Assembly (NCBI GenBank): GCA_905200945.1
Contig: CAJKMG010000003.1
Span: forward strand, 200,317 to 264,316
DNA length: 64,000 bases
Source: an uncultured Akkermansia sp.
GTDB taxonomy: Bacteria > Verrucomicrobiota > Verrucomicrobiia > Verrucomicrobiales > Akkermansiaceae
Direction of reading: 5' to 3'
The translations under genes and the position numbers were made by a program. The notes under the pieces are model-generated. The model saw only the letters and a program-made list of their open reading frames with translations, had not been told where the DNA came from and did not search any database. Of the stretch, positions 58,752-64,000 are shown one piece after another (the stretch's first letter is position 1; each line of letters begins with the position of its first letter).

Positions 58752-59006
58752 CATGTTGTGTGGAGTGCATTCTACCCCTCCGCCGGGCAAATGACAATGG
58801 GGAAATCACCTCCGGCCCAGTTCTTTCCGGAGGAGTTGCTCCCGTAAAAAAGCACCATGCCTGACGGCTTCCTCCAACTCCGCATCTTCAGAATTCTCCA
58901 TCCCCCGGCCTGCGGAAACAGCCTTGTTTAAGGCGCAATAAAAACAGCGTGAATATTCTCCGCCCGTACAAAACCATGCCCCCGCATTTTCTTTGCCGGA
59001 ATCAGC

Positions 59007-59792
59007 CTATTTACCGCCCGCACAGGGCTTCCGCATGACGGCGGCCCAGACGGAGGCATTATCCTGCTGGGGCTCCAGCATATCTTTCACCTGTTCCATG
59101 ATAATTCCCACCAGCTCCCGGCTGGAGCAATCCCTGGCCTTTTGAAGAGCCAGGAAAGAAGGTTCTCTCAACAACTCGCTCCAAACCTGCAGGCCATCCG
59201 AACAGGCCAGCACCGCATCTCCCGGATGCAGAAGCAGGGGCATGGCGCTGATATCCACCAGTTCCATGGGGCCGCCCATGACGGCGGAACGGAGAACGGA
59301 ACGCTGCCGAAGCGCGCCTTGAAGAGACATTTTCCCTTTCCGGTAAAGGCAATCCGCAATCGGTCTCATGGAATGGTCTTCATTCAGGCGGTCCATGCGG
59401 AAACTGTCTGCACCGCTCCATAAATAAAGGGGGGAGTCTCCCACACTGATCCACCACAGGAAATGGTCGCGGATGAAAACGGCCAGCAACGTGGTCCCGG
59501 ATTCCTCCGGTTCCTTCTGAATGGCGGCTAACGCCCTGTTGGCCGCATGCAGAGCAGCCGTTAAACGTTCCGGGATATCTTCTATACCGCTTTCCGCAAA
59601 GACTGCGGCAAATTCCTGCGCTACCACACAGGAGGCGCGATCCCCGCGAAGATGCCCTCCCATGCCGTCGCACACAATGCCCAGCGTCCCGCCGGCGGCG
59701 GGAAGACTTTTAACCACGTCTTCCTGTTCGCGGCGTTTGCCGATCCATTGGGCGGAAGCGCAATCCAGAATATCCAGGGTGCTGGAAGCCAT
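59007..59792 (-). CDS. PP2C-family Ser/Thr protein phosphatase
   Basis: GIVCDGMGGH (metal-binding Asp-Gly-x-Gly-Gly), GTTLLA, SVGDSPLYL, LACSDGL are PP2C motifs 1, 2, 8 and 11. Confidence 0.8.
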   Translation of the reverse strand: MASSTLDILDCASAQWIGKRREQEDVVKSLPAAGGTLGIVCDGMGGHLRGDRASCVVAQEFAAVFAESGIEDIPERLTAALHAANRALAAIQKEPEESGTTLLAVFIRDHFLWWISVGDSPLYLWSGADSFRMDRLNEDHSMRPIADCLYRKGKMSLQGALRQRSVLRSAVMGGPMELVDISAMPLLLHPGDAVLACSDGLQVWSELLREPSFLALQKARDCSSRELVGIIMEQVKDMLEPQQDNASVWAAVMRKPCAGGK

Positions 59793-59808
59793 GCAACGGT
59801 GGTTTGGA

Positions 59809-61290
59809 TTAACTTTCCTTACGTTTCAGCTGCGGGAAGAGCAACACGTCACGGATGGAGGAAGCCCCCGTCAGCATCATGACGACGCGGTCGATACCGA
59901 TGCCGATGCCGCCTGCGGAGGGCATTCCGTATTCCAGCGTTTCAATGAAATCATAGTCCACACGCTGGGTCTCTCCGGCAGCCTGGTGTTCCAGACGTTC
60001 CTTTTGCACGTCAGGATCGTTCAATTCCGAATAGCCGGGGGAAATTTCCTGCCCGTTAATCACCAGTTCATAGACGTCCACTACGTCCGGATTTTCCCGG
60101 TTCAGCTTGGCCAGGGGAACCAGGTCCTTGGCCACGTGGGTAACGAAGCAGGGATTCATGGTCTTTTCCTCCACCAGTTTTTCATAAACCTGCTGGGAAA
60201 CGTCCACATCTTTCATATCCGGGCTAATTTCCACTCCCAGCTCTTCACAGCGGATACGGCGCGCTTCGGGGGAAATGTCAAACCAGTCTTCTCCCGCCAC
60301 ACCCCGGATCAGGTCCTGATAATCGGCGCGTTTCCAGGGACGGCTGAGGTCGATTGTATAAAGCACGTTGCCCTCCGCATCCTTGTGGTCAATCTGAAGG
60401 CCTCCGCAGAATTTTTCCGCTAGATGGCAGATGAGTTCCTCCACCATATTCGCCATTGTTTCAAAATCTCCGCAGGCGCAATAGGCTTCCAGCATGGTGA
60501 ATTCCGGGTTGTGGCGGCGGTCAATGCCTTCATTGCGGAAGCTGCGGTTAAGCTCGAAAATTTTGGTAAAGCCGCCCACCATCAGACGCTTGAGGAAAAG
60601 TTCCGGGGCAATGCGCAGCGTCAGCGGCATATCCAGCGCGTTATGGTACGTTTCGAACGGTTTGGCGGCGGCCCCACCGGCCACATCCTGAAGCATGGGG
60701 GTTTCCACTTCCAGATAGCCGCGTTCCTGGAGAAAGCGGCGGATTTCCGCAATCATGAGGGAGCGCGTAACGAACAGGGAGGCGCTTTCCTCATTGGAAA
60801 TGAGGTCCAGGTGACGCTTGCGGTAGGTGACCTCCTTGTCCGCCAACCCGTGCCATTTGTCCGGAAGGGGACGCAGGCTTTTGGAGAGAATGGTTAAACC
60901 GGATACCTTCACGGTAGGTTCTCCGGTACGGGTCAGGAACGTGGTTCCCTTAATGCCGACCCAGTCCCCGCGATCCAGGAGTTTCCAAAGCTTCCAAGTG
61001 GTTTCATCCACCTCATTCTTATGCAGAAACCCCTGAATTTTACCCCGTACGTCGCCAATGACGAAAAACTGGGACTTGCCCATGTCGCGAATAGCCAGAA
61101 GGCGGCCGGCGACGGCTACCTGTTTGTCTTCCTGGAAATCGGCTCTCAACCCGGCGGGAGTGGTGGTCACGTCAAATCTTGCGCCATAGGGATCAATTCC
61201 CAGCTCGCGGATTTTGGCGAGCTTGTCGCGGCGCACGGCAATAAGTTCGGATTCCGTCGTGGTCGGATGTGCCTGCTGTTGTTCGGACAT
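59809..61290 (-). CDS. lysS: Lysine--tRNA ligase (class II)
   Basis: OB-fold anticodon-binding N-domain. Class II motifs FRNEGIDRRHNPEFTMLE and GGIGIGIDRVVMMLTG. Confidence 0.95.
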   Translation of the reverse strand: MSEQQQAHPTTTESELIAVRRDKLAKIRELGIDPYGARFDVTTTPAGLRADFQEDKQVAVAGRLLAIRDMGKSQFFVIGDVRGKIQGFLHKNEVDETTWKLWKLLDRGDWVGIKGTTFLTRTGEPTVKVSGLTILSKSLRPLPDKWHGLADKEVTYRKRHLDLISNEESASLFVTRSLMIAEIRRFLQERGYLEVETPMLQDVAGGAAAKPFETYHNALDMPLTLRIAPELFLKRLMVGGFTKIFELNRSFRNEGIDRRHNPEFTMLEAYCACGDFETMANMVEELICHLAEKFCGGLQIDHKDAEGNVLYTIDLSRPWKRADYQDLIRGVAGEDWFDISPEARRIRCEELGVEISPDMKDVDVSQQVYEKLVEEKTMNPCFVTHVAKDLVPLAKLNRENPDVVDVYELVINGQEISPGYSELNDPDVQKERLEHQAAGETQRVDYDFIETLEYGMPSAGGIGIGIDRVVMMLTGASSIRDVLLFPQLKRKES

Positions 61291-61598
61291 AGTGCGGGGA
61301 TTTTAAAGGCTTGCTTCCGTTTTGGCTAGCGCATTGTCAGGCAGAGGAGCATTTTTGGCAGCCGGGGTTGAACCGGAACATGCCCCGGCCTTCCGGCCGC
61401 TCCTGCAAAAAGCCTGGACAGAACCACATAAAGCACGATATTCAAAGGAATTGAAAAGAAACTGGTCTTATTATTAAAAAATGACCGGCAAAACCCCACA
61501 TACGCATAATTGCTTTTACCTTTGGCACCAGACATGTTATAAATACTCTCGTTAAGACGCACCTTATTTATCAATTATATAACTATCCGTGCAGACTT

Positions 61599-64000
61599 AT
61601 GAGTGATCATACAACCGTAACTTACAGCACGATTGACGCTAACGAAGCCGTAGCCTCCGTAGCCTATCGTTTTTCTGAAGTCATTGCCATTTACCCCATT
61701 ACACCATCTTCTCCGATGGGTGAATCAGCTGAAAGCTGGGCCGCTGTCAACAGGAAGAACCTTTGGGGCACCGTTCCCTCCGTGGTGGAAATGCAGAGTG
61801 AAGGCGGCGCGGCAGGCACCGTTCACGGCGCCCTCCAGACCGGAGCGCTGGCAACCACGTTCACCGCATCTCAGGGACTCCTGCTGATGATCCCGAACAT
61901 GTTCAAAATCGCAGGGGAACTGACTCCCGCCGTGTTCCACGTGGCCGCCCGTTCCCTGGCCTACCAGGCTCTTTCCATCTTCGGTGACCACAGCGACGTG
62001 ATGAGCGCCCGCTCCTGCGGATGGGCCATGCTGTGCGGCTCCTCCACCCAGGAAGCGGCAGACTTCGCCGCCATTTCCCACGCCGCCACACTGGAATCCC
62101 GCATTCCTTTCATCAACTTCTTTGACGGTTTCCGCACGTCCCACGAAATCGGCAAGATTGCAGACATCACGGACGACACCCTGAACGGCATGATCAAGCA
62201 GGAATGGCTGGATTCTTTCCGGGAACGAGCCCTGACTCCCGATGCTCCCGTCCTGCGTGGTACAGCCCAAAACCCGGACGTTTACTTCCAGGGGCGTGAA
62301 ACGGTCAACCGTTTCTATGAAGCCACTCCGGCCATTGTCCAGAACGCCATGGACAAGTTCGCGGAACTTACCGGCCGCTCCTACCATCTGGTGGATTACA
62401 CCGGCGCTCCGGACGCCGAACGCGTCATTATCCTGATGGGATCCGGCGCTGAAGCTGTGGAAGAAACGGTAGAAGCCATGATGACCCGGGAAAACGCCAA
62501 GGTAGGCGTGCTGAAGGTGCGCCTGTTCCGCCCCTTCCCCGCCGCCGAACTCGTCAAGGCCCTTCCCGCTACGGTCAGGAAAATCGCCGTGCTGGACCGC
62601 ACCAAGGAACCCGGCTCCCAGGGAGAACCGCTCCACCAGGACATCATCCAGGCCCTCTTCGACGCCCAGGCCAACGGCACGCTGCCCTTCACCAACGGCA
62701 TGCCCAAGGTGGTGGGAGGACGCTACGGCCTCTCCTCCAAGGAATTCACTCCCGCCATGGTCAAGGGTGTCTATGACAACCTGGCACTGGACGCTCCCAA
62801 GAATCATTTCACCATCGGCATCAACGATGACGTATTGGGCACCAGCCTTCCGTATGATGAAGATTATTCCACGGAAGCGGACGACGTGACGCGGGCCATG
62901 TTCTTCGGCCTCGGTTCTGACGGCACCGTGGGCGCCAACAAGGACGCTATCAAGATCATCGGCCAGCATACGGATCTGTATGTGCAGGGCTACTTCGTGT
63001 ATGACTCCAAAAAATCAGGTTCCTCCACTATTTCCCACCTGCGCTTCGGTCCCCGTCCGATCAAATCCACGTACCTGATTACCAAGGCAAACTTCCTGGC
63101 TCTGCACCAGCCTTCCCTGCTGGACCTGTTCGATTTCCTGAAGAATGCCGCCAACGGCGCCACTTTCCTGATGAACAGCCCGCACCCGGCGGACAAGCTT
63201 TGGGACACGCTGCCCGCCCGCATGCAGCAGCAGATTCTGGACAAGAACATCAAGCTCTACACGATTGACGCCTTTGCCGTAGCACGTAAGACAGGCATGG
63301 GCGGCCGCATCAACATGATCATGCAGACCTGCTTCTTCAAGCTGGCCAGCGTGATTCCGGCGGATGAAGCTATCGGCTACATTAAAAAGGCCATTGCCAA
63401 AACCTACGCCAAGAAGGGGCAGGATGTTGTTGACAAAAACATTGCCGCCGTGGACGCCACGCTGGAAAATCTGCATCAGGTGGACACAACCGGCAAAACT
63501 GTCAACGGGCATGCCATTCCGTCCGCCATGTCCCCGGACGCTCCGGACTACGTCCAAAACGTTCTCGGCAAAATGATGTGCGGTGAAGGTGACAGCATCC
63601 CGGTCAGCCAAATGCCCGTGGACGGCACATTCCCGAACGGCACGTCCCAGTACGAAAAGCGCAATCTGGCCCTGGACCTGCCGGAATGGGATCCAACCCT
63701 CTGCATCCAGTGCGGCAAATGTACCGCCGTTTGTCCGCACGCAGTCATCCGCAGCAAATTCTTCTCTCCTGACGCCCTTGCAAACGCCCCGGAAGGATTT
63801 GAATGCCTGGATGCCAAGCATCCGGACTGGAAGGGAGAAAAATTCGTCATTCAGATCTCCCCGAACGACTGTACGGGCTGTACGCTCTGCGCAGACGTCT
63901 GCCCGGCCAAGAGCAAGACGGATCCGACGCACAAGGCCCTGACCATGGTTCCGGCCGGGAAGATTCATGACAAGGAGGAAGCCAACTGGAACTTCTTCCT
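61599..64000 (+). CDS. nifJ: Pyruvate:ferredoxin (flavodoxin) oxidoreductase (PFOR/NifJ), 5' 800 codons; continues beyond the window
   Basis: Open frame from ATG 61599 to the window end (absent from the ORF track because there is no stop). Domain I through 4Fe-4S ferredoxin motifs CIQCGKCTAVCPHAVIR and CTGCTLCADVCP. Antisense ORFs on the minus strand are shadows. Confidence 0.9.
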   Translation, partial: MSDHTTVTYSTIDANEAVASVAYRFSEVIAIYPITPSSPMGESAESWAAVNRKNLWGTVPSVVEMQSEGGAAGTVHGALQTGALATTFTASQGLLLMIPNMFKIAGELTPAVFHVAARSLAYQALSIFGDHSDVMSARSCGWAMLCGSSTQEAADFAAISHAATLESRIPFINFFDGFRTSHEIGKIADITDDTLNGMIKQEWLDSFRERALTPDAPVLRGTAQNPDVYFQGRETVNRFYEATPAIVQNAMDKFAELTGRSYHLVDYTGAPDAERVIILMGSGAEAVEETVEAMMTRENAKVGVLKVRLFRPFPAAELVKALPATVRKIAVLDRTKEPGSQGEPLHQDIIQALFDAQANGTLPFTNGMPKVVGGRYGLSSKEFTPAMVKGVYDNLALDAPKNHFTIGINDDVLGTSLPYDEDYSTEADDVTRAMFFGLGSDGTVGANKDAIKIIGQHTDLYVQGYFVYDSKKSGSSTISHLRFGPRPIKSTYLITKANFLALHQPSLLDLFDFLKNAANGATFLMNSPHPADKLWDTLPARMQQQILDKNIKLYTIDAFAVARKTGMGGRINMIMQTCFFKLASVIPADEAIGYIKKAIAKTYAKKGQDVVDKNIAAVDATLENLHQVDTTGKTVNGHAIPSAMSPDAPDYVQNVLGKMMCGEGDSIPVSQMPVDGTFPNGTSQYEKRNLALDLPEWDPTLCIQCGKCTAVCPHAVIRSKFFSPDALANAPEGFECLDAKHPDWKGEKFVIQISPNDCTGCTLCADVCPAKSKTDPTHKALTMVPAGKIHDKEEANWNFF

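Noticed and set aside
61725-62969. 414-aa minus-strand ORF and several smaller ones (61903-62707)
   Set aside because: Antisense to the PFOR gene. The plus-strand frame from 61599 is continuous to the window end, with canonical PFOR motifs.

Overview
The window is about 55-56% GC and looks like a chromosomal segment from a Verrucomicrobium resembling Akkermansia. That placement is an inference from gene content (a GH35 beta-galactosidase, a PEP-CTERM protein, a pilin-like protein with an H-X9-DG style N-terminus and LOS-type glycan genes), not from a database hit. It is densely coding: I call about 58 CDS, two tRNAs (Tyr-GTA and Asn-GTT, both on the minus strand) and several rho-independent terminators. 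I see no rRNA, CRISPR array, transposase or integrase.

Housekeeping genes include aroG, secG, panD, ribF, truB, an nrnA-like gene, gpmA, ldhA, leuB, comM, metY, gpsA, plsY, lysS and the 5' 2.4 kb of a pyruvate:ferredoxin oxidoreductase that runs off the window end.

The dominant accessory block (11.0-23.5 kb) is a bidirectional surface-glycan / lipo-oligosaccharide cluster. It holds hldD, a GT9 heptosyltransferase, GT8, two GT2 and a GT4 transferase, an unannotated 268-aa protein, an OafA-like acyltransferase with an SGNH domain, and two paralogous GT10-like (alpha1,3-fucosyltransferase-type) genes.

The most unusual locus is an AT-poorer, ORF-sparse islet (41.7-45.5 kb) abutting tRNA-Asn. 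It encodes an IbrA-like PAPS-reductase/DUF3440 protein, an IbrB-like ParB-nuclease-domain protein, a small HTH protein and a secreted thermonuclease. I read it as a candidate horizontally acquired DNA-modification/defence-like or regulatory module of unknown function.

Other points worth a second look:
- a tandem, 8-nt-overlapping pair of NirJ/AhbC/AhbD-like radical-SAM/SPASM enzymes with no partner genes;
- a NYN-LOTUS nuclease-fold gene in a markedly AT-rich pocket;
- a 740-aa transglutaminase-like protein with an Ala/Glu/Arg/Lys coiled-coil encoded by repetitive GC-rich DNA;
- an alginate-lyase-fold secreted protein;
- several small secreted proteins of unknown function.

All functional calls rest on motif recognition in the translated ORFs; no searches were run.
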